A stretch of 64,000 bases of DNA from Alphaproteobacteria bacterium (GCA_965216755.1 CBDCGL010000011.1:4672001-4736000), one strand, 5' to 3'. Counted from the stretch's first letter, positions 19,572 to 29,602 are shown. Program-made: numbers and translations. The notes: generated by a model from the letters alone, not told the origin.

Positions 19572-21052
19572 TATTCAATCCCCAACAGATGCCGGGCCGC
19601 TTGTCCCGCGACACCAGCCGTCACGTCGGTGGCAAGACCGAACACGATACAGGCGCCGGCAAGAACCCAGGTGGCGGCGACCATCGACCACGGTGCTTCG
19701 TTCAGTTCGGCGGCGGCGGCATCGTCGTCTTTGACGAAATAGGCCGCTTCAACCAGGCGCCAGACATAGACAACGGCCAGCAAAGACGTGAACAGCACGA
19801 TGACGGCGATCGGCCATAAGCCTTGTTCCAGTGCCGCCAAGACAAGGTACCACTTGCTGATGAATCCGACGGTTCCCGGCACGCCGATCAGGCTCAAGCC
19901 GGCGACCACGATGGCTGCCATGGTCAACGGCATGCGTTTGCCCAAGCCAGCCAAATCATGGATGGTCGCGCTGCCAATACGAAAAACGACGCAGCCCAGT
20001 GCCATAAACAACGCGCCCTTCATCAGCGCGTGATTAAAAAGATGGACGATGCCGCCGGTCACGCCGAGCGTACTGGCGAAACTGATACCGAGGACGATGT
20101 AGCCAATCTGTGCCACGCTGGAATAGGCCAGCATGCGTTTGATGTTTGGTTGGAATATGGCCACCAATGAGCCGGTTATGGCAGCCACCAGGGCTAGCAC
20201 CATGAGTATGTCGCCGGCCGGCAGCACGTCGAACCCGAAATCGACGCCGAACACGGTAAAGATGAAGCGCAACAAGAGATAGACACCGACCTTCGTCGCC
20301 GTCGCGGCGAGTAAGGCTGATACCATCGATGGTGCATAGGTGTAGGCGTTGGGCAACCAGAGGTGCAGCGGGAATAGCGCCAGCTTTAGGCTGAGACCAA
20401 CCACCAGAAATGCGAACGCGGCCACCGTGACCCGACTGTCGTACAAGTCGGTAAGGCGGGTGCTGATATCCGCCATGTTCAATGTGCCCGTGACCATGTA
20501 AAGCAGGCCAACGCCGATCACAAAGAATGTCGCCCCAATCGTGCCCAAGACCAAATACTGAAAACTTGCATAAAGCGCGCGGCGGTCGCGTCCGAGGCTA
20601 ATTAACACATAGCCGGACAACGACGAGATCTCCATGAACACGAAGGCGTTAAAGGCATCGCCGGTGATCGTCATGCCAAGCAAGCCGGCCAAGGTCAGCA
20701 GATAGGCCGCATAGAACAGTCGGTGGCGTTCAGCTGGAATCTCGTGACTGACGCTGGCATGTGCGAACGGCATGACCACCGATGCAATGCCCGCGACAAT
20801 TACTAGGACGAACGCGGACAACTCATCGACGCAATATTCGATGCCCCACGGTGCTGCCCAACCACCCAGCATATAACTGATCGTGCCTTGATCGAGTACT
20901 TTGATAAGCAAGGCAACCGCCATCGCAAGGGCAGCCCACGTCAAAAGCAAGCTCAGAATCCACGCCCGGCTGCCACGCCCAAACAGCGTACACAAGGGCG
21001 CCCCGATGAGTGGCACCACGACCTGTAGCGCGGGCAGGTTCGCGGCGATCAT
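19571..21052 (-). CDS. mrpD: Mrp antiporter subunit D family
   Basis: KLALFPLHLWLPNAY, KRMLAYSSVAQIG. Confidence 0.9.
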   Translation of the reverse strand: MIAANLPALQVVVPLIGAPLCTLFGRGSRAWILSLLLTWAALAMAVALLIKVLDQGTISYMLGGWAAPWGIEYCVDELSAFVLVIVAGIASVVMPFAHASVSHEIPAERHRLFYAAYLLTLAGLLGMTITGDAFNAFVFMEISSLSGYVLISLGRDRRALYASFQYLVLGTIGATFFVIGVGLLYMVTGTLNMADISTRLTDLYDSRVTVAAFAFLVVGLSLKLALFPLHLWLPNAYTYAPSMVSALLAATATKVGVYLLLRFIFTVFGVDFGFDVLPAGDILMVLALVAAITGSLVAIFQPNIKRMLAYSSVAQIGYIVLGISFASTLGVTGGIVHLFNHALMKGALFMALGCVVFRIGSATIHDLAGLGKRMPLTMAAIVVAGLSLIGVPGTVGFISKWYLVLAALEQGLWPIAVIVLFTSLLAVVYVWRLVEAAYFVKDDDAAAAELNEAPWSMVAATWVLAGACIVFGLATDVTAGVAGQAARHLLGIE

Positions 21053-21414
21053 GGCTTGTTCTCCTCGGCCAGCTCGATCTGCTGGATCTCGTCTTCTTCA
21101 ATCGTGCCGTAGGATTCCTTGATGCGCACAACCAAGGCCAAACCGAGGGCGAGCGTGGCGACGCCCACCACGATGGCCGTGAGTATCAATACGTGAGGTA
21201 GGGGATTTGAGAACGGCGCGGAGCCGTCATAGTGGATGGGGGCCGTGCCACCCATGATCTTGCCCATGGAGATATAGAGTAAGAATACGGCCGTTTGAAA
21301 AATGTTCAGCCCGATCAGTTTCTTGAGCAGATTGCCGCGGTCGATGACGACATAAAAGCCGATCATCATCAAAATGATGACGACCACATAGTTATAGCTG
21401 CCTAGGAACACCAT
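21049..21414 (-). CDS. mrpC: Mrp antiporter subunit C
   Basis: NPLPHVLILTAIVVG; start reassigned to ATG 21414. Confidence 0.92.
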   Translation of the reverse strand: MVFLGSYNYVVVIILMMIGFYVVIDRGNLLKKLIGLNIFQTAVFLLYISMGKIMGGTAPIHYDGSAPFSNPLPHVLILTAIVVGVATLALGLALVVRIKESYGTIEEDEIQQIELAEENKP

Positions 21415-21424
21415 GATCGCCGAC

Positions 21425-21856
21425 TCAGCTGTTGTCTTCGGCCTGCGCGCGGCCAGCGAAGGCATAGAAGACGGTCAGCATGACGGCAGCGACCGTAATG
21501 CCGACCCCCAATTCGACCAGAACGATCCCGTAATGATGGCCGTGCTTTGGGTCGTGAGCCAGCACCGCATATTCCAGAAACGCGCCGTCCAGCAACATTG
21601 TTGCGACGCCAACGCCGGAATAGAGCAAGACGCCCAGCGCAACAAAGGCCAACGCGACGCGTTCCGGAACGACCCGGCGCAACGTGCCAAGGCCAAAAAC
21701 GATGCCGTACAGAATAAGACCGGCGGTAAAAATGACGCCTGCCTGAAACCCACCACCCGGACCATAGTCGCCATGCATTTGGACGTAGAGCCCAAAAAGC
21801 ATGATGAAAGGAATCAGCAGTTTGGCGATGACGCGTAGGACGAGATGGTCGGTCAT
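21425..21856 (-). CDS. mrpB: Mrp antiporter subunit B
   Basis: HGDYGPGGGFQAG. Confidence 0.92.
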   Translation of the reverse strand: MTDHLVLRVIAKLLIPFIMLFGLYVQMHGDYGPGGGFQAGVIFTAGLILYGIVFGLGTLRRVVPERVALAFVALGVLLYSGVGVATMLLDGAFLEYAVLAHDPKHGHHYGIVLVELGVGITVAAVMLTVFYAFAGRAQAEDNS

Positions 21857-22374
21857 CGAGGCTCCTCGTAGCGTCGCCGTCGAAACCGTCCGACCAGCAG
21901 TAGCACCCCGACGCCTGCGGTAAAAATAACGAAGGTCTCGCCGAGCGTATCGTATCCGCGATAGTCAGCCAGCACGGAGGTCACCACATTCGGAATGCCA
22001 ATGGCGACAGGCGTTTCTTCGATATAGCGGGGCGCGACATGTTGATGGATAGGCGCTGACGGGTCACCGAACGCGGGCATGTCAGCGACCGCATAAAGCA
22101 GTAGCGCGCCGGTTACGAAGACCACAGCCAACGGCAGAATGGGCCTATGTGCGGGAATTTTTTCGTTTGCCGTGGTCAATGCCAAAGCGGCCAGGGCCAG
22201 CACGGTCGTGATTCCGGCGCCCACGGCCGCTTCCGTGAAAGCCACGTCCACGGCATCCATAACCGTAAACAGACTCGCCATGAGAAAGCTGTAGATGCCC
22301 GACAGCATGACCACGGCGAACATATTGCGCAAACGGACGATCGTTAGCGCCGTGACGACGAGCAAAAACAGCAA
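21853..22374 (-). CDS. Mrp antiporter DUF4040/MrpB-related subunit (start uncertain)
   Basis: AVDVAFTEAAVGAG, NVVTSVLADYRGYDTLGE. Confidence 0.88.
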   Translation of the reverse strand: MLFLLVVTALTIVRLRNMFAVVMLSGIYSFLMASLFTVMDAVDVAFTEAAVGAGITTVLALAALALTTANEKIPAHRPILPLAVVFVTGALLLYAVADMPAFGDPSAPIHQHVAPRYIEETPVAIGIPNVVTSVLADYRGYDTLGETFVIFTAGVGVLLLVGRFRRRRYEEPR

Positions 22375-22385
22375 AACGATGTCAA

Positions 22386-22820
22386 TTAGACCTTCGATGG
22401 CTCCAGTTCCGCTTTGCTTCGGCCTTTTCTCTTGGCCTTGTTGTTGGCTTTTTTCTCGCCTTGCGGCGCGGTTTCCACGGCACGTGACTCCGACGGCGCG
22501 CGGTCATCGCGGCGGTCACGCTTGGTCCACGGCACAAGCCCACTCAGCAACGCCGCATGGGCAACGGCGTGGCTGGATGTAGGACTGGTGAACAAGAGGA
22601 AAAATAGGATCAGCGCAAGCTTGGCCAAGTTTAGCGACCAACCGGCCTCAATCATCATACCGGCCAAGACCAGCCCAGCACCCATCGTATCCGTAATCCC
22701 GGCAGCATGGCCGCGGGTGAAGAAATCCGGCATGCGTAGCACACCAATGCCGCCGACCAGCAAGAAAAAAGAACCGCTTAGCAAACAAGCCCAAGCGATG
22801 ATTTCAAGAGCCAACGTCAT
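22386..22820 (-). CDS. mrpG: Mrp antiporter subunit G
   Basis: RMPDFFTRGHAAG, TSPTSSHA. Confidence 0.92.
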   Translation of the reverse strand: MTLALEIIAWACLLSGSFFLLVGGIGVLRMPDFFTRGHAAGITDTMGAGLVLAGMMIEAGWSLNLAKLALILFFLLFTSPTSSHAVAHAALLSGLVPWTKRDRRDDRAPSESRAVETAPQGEKKANNKAKRKGRSKAELEPSKV

Positions 22821-23131
22821 GACCGCTCCCCGGCCCCAGCGATCGGGTCGCCGTCATGGAAGCTGCCAAATTTAATAAACCGCAACGCCGCGATGACGCC
22901 GATGAAATTGATCAAGGCGTAGACCAGCGCCAAATCAAGAAAGTCCGGGCGACCCGCAACAAATCCAATAACAGCGATAAGCAAGACAGTCTTGGTGCCA
23001 AACATGTTCACTGCCAGGATGCGATCGAACACGGTCGGCCCCACGACGGCGCGCGCAATAGCCAGCCCCATCGTGACCAGAATCGCGATGGCGACGACGA
23101 CAAATTTGATGGTGCCCGGATCGGGACTCAT
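22817..23131 (-). CDS. mrpF: Mrp antiporter subunit F
   Basis: GPTVFDRILA, DLALVYAL. Confidence 0.92.
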   Translation of the reverse strand: MSPDPGTIKFVVVAIAILVTMGLAIARAVVGPTVFDRILAVNMFGTKTVLLIAVIGFVAGRPDFLDLALVYALINFIGVIAALRFIKFGSFHDGDPIAGAGERS

Positions 23132-23604
23132 TGCGTTCCCTCAAGACGCGCGACGCGTCGGTCCATATCTCCGTCTTGCAAGGCTGCAGCACCTTCTGCC
23201 GTTAACGCGTGCACTTGGATCCGACCGCCTTCTAGGTCGGTCGAAATTGTCCCGGGTGTCAAAGTGATGGAATTGGCGTAGATAACGCGGCCGAGATCCG
23301 TTCGTTGGCTGGACTTCAGGTCGAACAGGCGCGGATCAATCGGCATCTCGCGACTGAGAATGCGTCGAGTCACATCGATGTTGGCTTTGACGATCTCCAC
23401 CAGCAGCCACAACCAATAAAGTGGCAATCGCCAAGATAGGTGCAGAGGGTGGCTCTCATGATCGATCACCTCCATCCGATGGGCGATGTAAATCACCAAG
23501 GCGCACGAGGCTGCGCCCAGACTGAGCAACAAACCATCATAATGGCCCGACAGAAGTAGCCAAACGATCGCAAGTACGAAAAAAAGGGAAACGTTATGAC
23601 CCAA
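23128..23604 (-). CDS. mrpE: Mrp antiporter subunit E
   Basis: ANSITLTPGT, VHAL. Confidence 0.93.
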   Translation of the reverse strand: MGHNVSLFFVLAIVWLLLSGHYDGLLLSLGAASCALVIYIAHRMEVIDHESHPLHLSWRLPLYWLWLLVEIVKANIDVTRRILSREMPIDPRLFDLKSSQRTDLGRVIYANSITLTPGTISTDLEGGRIQVHALTAEGAAALQDGDMDRRVARLEGTQ

Positions 23605-23834
23605 ACCCGCCTCACATCCCGCCGGACATATTTCTGTCGTCGTGTCCGACCCGCTGCGTCAGATTCCACGTTTGCGGGGGTGCCCCGTTCTGTTTAACAA
23701 CGCAACAAGCCCCGTCTTACCGCACAAATAGTTAATCAATCACTTCCGCAGCTGGCAATTGGGCCGTCGCCACACCGTGTTGCCAGCATTGTTCGTACGC
23801 TGTGATGTTCGCGCGATGCCGTGGCAAGCATGCG

Positions 23835-24875
23835 TCAATTGGTCGACTGCCGCGCCGTATCCGACAATGGTCCATCGGGCGTCGCCAGAACAAGTGAGAA
23901 ATACTCATTGTCGGGCGCGAAGTGATCGTGAACCAAGAACCCACTTTCCTGCAAGAGTGCGTCTAGCGTTTCGTTTGTGAACTTTCGGCTAATTTCCGTA
24001 CACAAAGATTCATGCTGATTGAACTCGATCGCTTTGTCGAGCGTGCCGATTTCGACTTGTTGTTGCGATTGGGCAACAAGATGCATTTCGATGCGTTCCT
24101 TGGCAGGTTCGTAGTATGCCTGATGCGCGAATTGATCGAGATCGAAATTGGCATCCAGCACGCGATTCAATATCCGCAATACATTAAGGTTGAAGTCTGC
24201 GGTGAGCCCCAGACTGTCATTGTAGGCGGCGTTCAAAACCGCTTCGTTTTTGACCCGATCGGCGCCGAGCAGAAGCCAGTCATTGCCTGTCATAGAGTCA
24301 CGCAAGTCCCGCAACAGGGCGACAGCCTCATCATGTTCGAAATTGCCTATGGTACTCCCCAGAAACACGAACATTCGCGGCGGCGCATGGCGGGGAATGT
24401 TTGCGAACCCGGCCTCGTAATCGCCGTGTAGCAATCGCACATCCAGCCACTGATATGTTGCATCAAGCCGTTCGCCGGCCGCCAATAACGCATCTTCTGA
24501 AATGTCGAAAGCCGTATAACTTGGCCTTACGTCGCTCTGTTCGCAAGCGTCAAGCAGTCGATGCGTCTTGCGCGACATGCCACTGCCGATTTCCAATATG
24601 TCGGTTGGTCGAACGCGCGCCAGGATGGCCGGGGCGCTCTCCTTCAACAGCGCATTTTCTGTACGCGTTGGGTAATATTCCGGTGTTTCGCAAATCAGGT
24701 CGAACAATGTCGACCCGCGTTCGTCATACAAGTATTTTGCCGGCAGCCATCTTGGCCGTTGCATGAGGCCACGTTTCACGTCTTCCTCTAGCGTGCGCAC
24801 GCGGCGTGCAGGGCGGATGAATTCGACAGCCGGTGATGTATTTACCGCCAGTCCGTTGATCGACGAAATTGCCAT
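23835..24875 (-). CDS. egtD: L-histidine N-alpha-methyltransferase
   Basis: KYLYDERGS.LF..IC..PEYYPTRTE, LGSTIGN, AYNDSLG, TEISRKF. Confidence 0.93.
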   Translation of the reverse strand: MAISSINGLAVNTSPAVEFIRPARRVRTLEEDVKRGLMQRPRWLPAKYLYDERGSTLFDLICETPEYYPTRTENALLKESAPAILARVRPTDILEIGSGMSRKTHRLLDACEQSDVRPSYTAFDISEDALLAAGERLDATYQWLDVRLLHGDYEAGFANIPRHAPPRMFVFLGSTIGNFEHDEAVALLRDLRDSMTGNDWLLLGADRVKNEAVLNAAYNDSLGLTADFNLNVLRILNRVLDANFDLDQFAHQAYYEPAKERIEMHLVAQSQQQVEIGTLDKAIEFNQHESLCTEISRKFTNETLDALLQESGFLVHDHFAPDNEYFSLVLATPDGPLSDTARQSTN

Positions 24876-25035
24876 ATGGTCTCCGTTGTGTAGACTGCGC
24901 GGCGATGCGGCGCGTCGAAATCTCCTGCGCGCCGCCTGGTAAAGGGCGCGCCAAGGCTAACATTTGATTTCGTACGGACAAGCCCTAATCTGCCGAGTGC
25001 GGATTCCAAACGGTTGGAACCGGCGGTGAATCGCC

Positions 25036-25812
25036 ATGTGTAGGCACGCCGGTTATGTAGGCCCACCTTTGCAATTGGCGAGATTTCTCGACGATCCGGA
25101 CCATAGTTTGGTTTCGCAAGCGTATCGACCACGCGAAATGCTGACGGCGACTTTGAACGCCGACGGCTTTGGTGTTGGCTGGTACCTGGAAGACGGCGTA
25201 CCGGGCATCTATACAAATCCAATGCCGATATGGTCGGACCAGAACTTAATGCATTTGGGATCAGCATTGGTCAGTCAAACATGGATCGGCAATGTTCGCA
25301 GCGCGACCCCCGGTCAGGCTGTCAACCAGGCCAATACGCATCCGTTCACCGGTGACGGATTGATTTTTTCGCACAACGGATTCATCACGGATTTCTTGGT
25401 GACGACGCGTCACAAATTGCGCCGCTTGCTGCGCCCGGAGATCGAGGCAAGTATTCAGGGGTCCACTGATTCAGAGCACATATTCGCTGGGATTCGACAA
25501 GCTGTTGACGCCGCTGACGGCAATATTGTCGTCGCTCTTCGGGCTTTTTTCGATTCGCTCAGCGAGCTACTGGGCGGGACCAGTTCGCTGCTCAATGTTC
25601 TTATCGCTGATGGCCAAAGCATCTATGCAACGCGCCATGCAATTGGTCATGAGTCGCCGACCCTGTATGTCGGTACCGACACGGCGCTGTTTCCAGGCGG
25701 AACCCTGATTGCTTCAGAACGCCTGACCGAGAATGGGGACTGGGAGGTCGTGCCTGAACACCATATCGTTGTCGCGAGTCCCGGCGGGGAGGCGGCTATG
25801 GAACCTCTATGA
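25036..25812 (+). CDS. egtC: Ergothioneine biosynthesis Ntn-hydrolase
   Basis: N-terminal MCRH, NADGFGVGWY, VRSATPG, SHNG, GSTDSE. Confidence 0.88.
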   Translation: MCRHAGYVGPPLQLARFLDDPDHSLVSQAYRPREMLTATLNADGFGVGWYLEDGVPGIYTNPMPIWSDQNLMHLGSALVSQTWIGNVRSATPGQAVNQANTHPFTGDGLIFSHNGFITDFLVTTRHKLRRLLRPEIEASIQGSTDSEHIFAGIRQAVDAADGNIVVALRAFFDSLSELLGGTSSLLNVLIADGQSIYATRHAIGHESPTLYVGTDTALFPGGTLIASERLTENGDWEVVPEHHIVVASPGGEAAMEPL

Positions 25813-26993
25813 CGACATCATCCGCATCGACGGTTACACGACTCAACAATATCCAGGCGACATTGTTGAACATTGTGCGGTCGGCGGGCCCAGAAGACTA
25901 TGCACGACAGTTTCATGATGCCTTGAGCCCACTTGGTTGGCATCTACTGCATTGCATGTTTATTGAATGCCTTTGGTTGCGCGAGGTGTTTGGCGATGAT
26001 GACGCGATCACCGCGTCGCTGCGCCAACAGTGCTTGCCGCAACTTGCATACAAACCATCGCGGGGCGCCCAACTTCCGCCCTTTGAGGCGTTGCTTGATT
26101 CGGTCGCGCGCATGATGGATGAGAATGGCGCGCTACTCGCCGCGTTGACCGATAAGCGCGTGCAAAAGGGTCAGTTTGATAGCTGGGAAATCGGCCGATT
26201 CTTGGTTGGGCATAATGCGCAACATGTTGAGACAATGCGCATGGTCCAGACCGAAATGAACTTGCGACGGTGGGAGTCGATCAAAACGTCAATAGGCCCT
26301 CACGCGCTGTTGCGGGCCACGAACGAAACATCGGAAACGTCTCGCGTGCCAGGTGGCCGCTATCGTATTGGGGCCGGCGGTGATACGACCGAAACTGCAT
26401 TTATCTACGACAACGAAAGACCGGCAACCATTGTCAAAGTCGCGTCCTTTGAGATCGCCGCCAAGCCGGTCAAGAATGGTGCGTATCTGAGCTTCATGGA
26501 GGAAGGTGGCTACGACACGGCGCGCTGGTGGTCGGCTAGCGGCTGGGCGTGGCGTCAGCGAGAATCCGCGGTGGCGCCTCATCATTGGCGGCGTTCGTCG
26601 GCGGGCGGCTGGGTTGGCGTCAATGCTAACGGCTGTCATAGCTTGGATGCGGGATCACCTGTTTGGGGACTGAGCCGCCACGAGGCGGAAGCCTACGCCC
26701 GTTGGGCTGGTGGCCGTTTGCCCCATGAATATGAGTGGGAAATCGCAGCCACGGAGGGGGTCGTCGAGGACGTCGGCCAAGTCTGGGAGTGGTGCGAGAA
26801 CGTGCTGCATCCCTATCCGGGTTTTTTTGCCTTTCCCTATCGTGAATATTCGGTGCCGTGGTTTGATGGTTGCCACTTTGTCTTGCGTGGCGGTAGTCGA
26901 TTCGGGATCGGCGGGTACAATCAGAACTCGTTTCGCAATTACTATGCAGCGTCATGCCGGCATATGTTCGCCGGGGTCAGGCTGGTTGCATAG
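25809..26993 (+). CDS. egtB: EgtB-like sulfoxide synthase (DinB + FGE-sulfatase domains)
   Basis: SPLGWHLLH, iron motif HNAQHVE, RLPHEYEWE, GQVWEW, LRGGS, FRNYY; clustered with egtC and egtD. Confidence 0.8.
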   Translation: MTTSSASTVTRLNNIQATLLNIVRSAGPEDYARQFHDALSPLGWHLLHCMFIECLWLREVFGDDDAITASLRQQCLPQLAYKPSRGAQLPPFEALLDSVARMMDENGALLAALTDKRVQKGQFDSWEIGRFLVGHNAQHVETMRMVQTEMNLRRWESIKTSIGPHALLRATNETSETSRVPGGRYRIGAGGDTTETAFIYDNERPATIVKVASFEIAAKPVKNGAYLSFMEEGGYDTARWWSASGWAWRQRESAVAPHHWRRSSAGGWVGVNANGCHSLDAGSPVWGLSRHEAEAYARWAGGRLPHEYEWEIAATEGVVEDVGQVWEWCENVLHPYPGFFAFPYREYSVPWFDGCHFVLRGGSRFGIGGYNQNSFRNYYAASCRHMFAGVRLVA

Positions 26994-27003
26994 TGCTGGC
27001 GTT

Positions 27004-27759
27004 TTATATCTGGTCTGGTTGCCAGCGAACTGCTTTTCGAAGGAGTGCATCGACGAGCGCATAGAGGGCAACCGCCATGACTGCCAGGACAAATAGGGCG
27101 GCAAACATCAAGTCGGTCTGCATGCGGCCGTTGGCGTGGAGCATGAGATAGCCGAGGCCCGCACTGGATCCGACCCATTCGCCGACGATCGCACCGATCG
27201 GCGCAACCGCGGTTGCGACACGAACGCCCGACGACAAACCCGGCAAAGCCGCAGGAATGCGGATACGCCACAGCGTGGCAAGGGGACCTGCGTTCATGGT
27301 CTTGGCCAATTCCAACCAGCGCGGATCCGTGCGACGCAGACCATCATAAAAATTAGCCGTGACCGGGAAGAAAATGATCAGCGTGGCCATCGCCACTTTT
27401 GATCCCATGCCGTACCCAAGCCAAAGAACCAGAACCGGCGCAATTGCGAAGACGGGGATAGCTTGGGATGCGACCAGCACGGGCATGAGCCATGATTGCA
27501 TGGCACGTGATTGTGCCAATATCAGGGCACTGGCAACACCGAGCAGCGTGCCCAAGCATAGGCCAAGCAAGATTTCTATCAGAGTGACGGTGGCATTCGC
27601 GAGAATACTTTGTGCATGGTCGTGCAAAGCCAGCAGCACCCGTCCGGGCCCCGGCAAAATATATGTCGCGGGATTCGTTATCCATACAATGAGTTGCCAC
27701 AAAAACAGCAATCCCGTCGCGATGATTGTCGCGTGAACAAGGCGTTTGTTAATTTTCAC
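27004..27759 (-). CDS. ABC transporter permease (NitT/TauT, ThiX-like)
   Basis: SQAIPVFAIAP, IRIPAALP, GAIVGEWVGSSAGLG. Confidence 0.88.
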   Translation of the reverse strand: MKINKRLVHATIIATGLLFLWQLIVWITNPATYILPGPGRVLLALHDHAQSILANATVTLIEILLGLCLGTLLGVASALILAQSRAMQSWLMPVLVASQAIPVFAIAPVLVLWLGYGMGSKVAMATLIIFFPVTANFYDGLRRTDPRWLELAKTMNAGPLATLWRIRIPAALPGLSSGVRVATAVAPIGAIVGEWVGSSAGLGYLMLHANGRMQTDLMFAALFVLAVMAVALYALVDALLRKAVRWQPDQI

Positions 27760-27774
27760 TGTGCTACGTTTAAC

Positions 27775-28581
27775 CTATGTCTCTCGCCCGAAACTCAATT
27801 GGCGGATGAGTTCCCGATAGAGGTTCATAAGCTGTGGTCGCGTCAAATCGCGTGGTGCGTGACCCGGTATCGCTGTCGCGGGACTGACGACTGCCGGCGC
27901 GCCATACATGACATGGACAATATCGCCGACTCGAAGGGCTTCAAATGGGTCATGTGTAACCAGCAGCACCGTTTTGTCCCGAAATAAGGAAACCGCCAGC
28001 TCCTGGAGTTTTGTGCGTGTGATCGCATCGATGGATGAAAACGGCTCATCCATAAGAACGATGGGCCGCCCTTCCATCAGGGTCCGTGCGAGCGCCACGC
28101 GCTGACGCATGCCGCCAGACATTGTGGCCGGCATGCGATCGATGTCGTCTGCGAGCCCAACGTCGGACAAGAGCTTTCGGGCTCGCTCTGGTTCTGGTGT
28201 CTCGCCGCGGAGTCGGGAACCGAGCATGACATTGCCCAGGCCGTCGAGCCACGGCAACAGAAGATCGGATTGCGCCATATAGGCGGCCCGACCGGCCACA
28301 GGAAGCCCATCATCGCATGAGACCGCGCCCTGACTGCCCTTTTCAAGATCCGCAATGACACGAAGCAGAGTCGATTTGCCGACGCCCGATGGCCCCAGCA
28401 GACATGTCGTCTTCCCGCCCTGCAAGGTGAAAGATAGGTTGTCGAACAAAATCGCACCATCGAAAACGACATGTGCATTTTCGACAATGACGCTTGGCGA
28501 ATACCCGTGCGGAGGTTGCACGATCGGACCATGTCGTGGCGGCATAACGCCCTGGTGTATGCGTGTGGCGCTGGTCGTCAC
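27775..28581 (-). CDS. ABC transporter ATP-binding protein (NitT/TauT type)
   Basis: GPSGVGKST, MSGGMRQR, LMDEPF, VTHD. Confidence 0.92.
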   Translation of the reverse strand: MTTSATRIHQGVMPPRHGPIVQPPHGYSPSVIVENAHVVFDGAILFDNLSFTLQGGKTTCLLGPSGVGKSTLLRVIADLEKGSQGAVSCDDGLPVAGRAAYMAQSDLLLPWLDGLGNVMLGSRLRGETPEPERARKLLSDVGLADDIDRMPATMSGGMRQRVALARTLMEGRPIVLMDEPFSSIDAITRTKLQELAVSLFRDKTVLLVTHDPFEALRVGDIVHVMYGAPAVVSPATAIPGHAPRDLTRPQLMNLYRELIRQLSFGRET

Positions 28582-29492
28582 GACGCTTCAGCCGTTACCC
28601 CCAAAATCTCGGCGACCCGACGACCGTGCCAGCCAGCTTCCCTTTTACGCCAATAAAGATCGCGCATTTTCGTGCTCAAAGCGCCGGGGGCTCGATTTGA
28701 TAGGGATCGGTTGTCGACCCGGCGAATGGGGATGACGCCGCCGGCGGTCGAGCTGACAAATGCCTCGTCCGCGTTGCGCAGGTCGTCCGCGTGGTAGGCT
28801 CCCGGGGCCACGCGGATGCCAATTTCTTCGGCCAATTCAATCACAGAACGCCGGGTAATGCCGTGAAGGATATTCCGATCGGGCGTGCACAGGACGCCGT
28901 CGGAAACGAAGAATAGATTGAATCCGGGACCTTCGGCGAGTGTTCCGTCTTGTGTGCACAAGACGGTCGTGTCGGCGCCCACCGCCCGCGACTCGAAAAG
29001 GCCGCGAGTGAGGTCGCCCCAATGATAATTCTTGAAGCGTTGATCGACGGACGGATCGGGAATTCGCGGCGTCGCGGCGATCGCCAAATCGATGCCACGT
29101 TGGCAAATCTCGGGATCCAAAATCCATACATAGGGAACGGCGTAGGCGATGAATGTTGGTGTGGTCGCGGCAATATCGCGACGGGTCGGGTCGCGGAAAC
29201 GCCCGCGCGTGACGACCATGGCAACATAGGCATCGTCAAGTTCGCTTCGGTGCACGCATTCGGCCACGATGCGCGCGATTTGATCGTCATCGTAGGGGCA
29301 GGGCAAGTGAACCCCCTCGCACGACGCCCGAAATCGCGCGATGTGATCGGGCAGCCTAAAAAACAGGCCTTTCCAAACAGATGTCACGTCATAAACGGCA
29401 TCGCTGCGCGTGAAACCAAGGTCGAAAACCGATATTGTGGCATGCTCGGGCGGCTGAAACTCACCGTTCACAAATGCCATGCCTTTGTTCAC
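28578..29492 (-). CDS. Fold-type IV PLP aminotransferase, (R)-amine transaminase-like
   Basis: GFTRSDAVYDV, KNYHWGDL, AEGPGFN, LHGITR, SSTAGG; GTG start after AGGAGG. Confidence 0.85.
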   Translation of the reverse strand: MNKGMAFVNGEFQPPEHATISVFDLGFTRSDAVYDVTSVWKGLFFRLPDHIARFRASCEGVHLPCPYDDDQIARIVAECVHRSELDDAYVAMVVTRGRFRDPTRRDIAATTPTFIAYAVPYVWILDPEICQRGIDLAIAATPRIPDPSVDQRFKNYHWGDLTRGLFESRAVGADTTVLCTQDGTLAEGPGFNLFFVSDGVLCTPDRNILHGITRRSVIELAEEIGIRVAPGAYHADDLRNADEAFVSSTAGGVIPIRRVDNRSLSNRAPGALSTKMRDLYWRKREAGWHGRRVAEILGVTAEAS

Positions 29493-29602
29493 GTCGGGCC
29501 TCCTTTTTTCGTCTTGCGATGATCTCGGGATCATCTTAGCGCAGTTCATTCCTGGAATTCTGCATGTTCCTGCGGTGTTCACGACGCCGTGCGCGCTGGC
29601 CC

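Noticed and set aside
25809-26993. Selenoneine synthase SenA or ovothiol synthase OvoA
   Set aside because: No senB/selD neighbours, no C-terminal methyltransferase, and egtC/egtD context
28581-29600. TPP riboswitch for the ThiX-like transporter
   Set aside because: No recognisable TPP aptamer core found by eye
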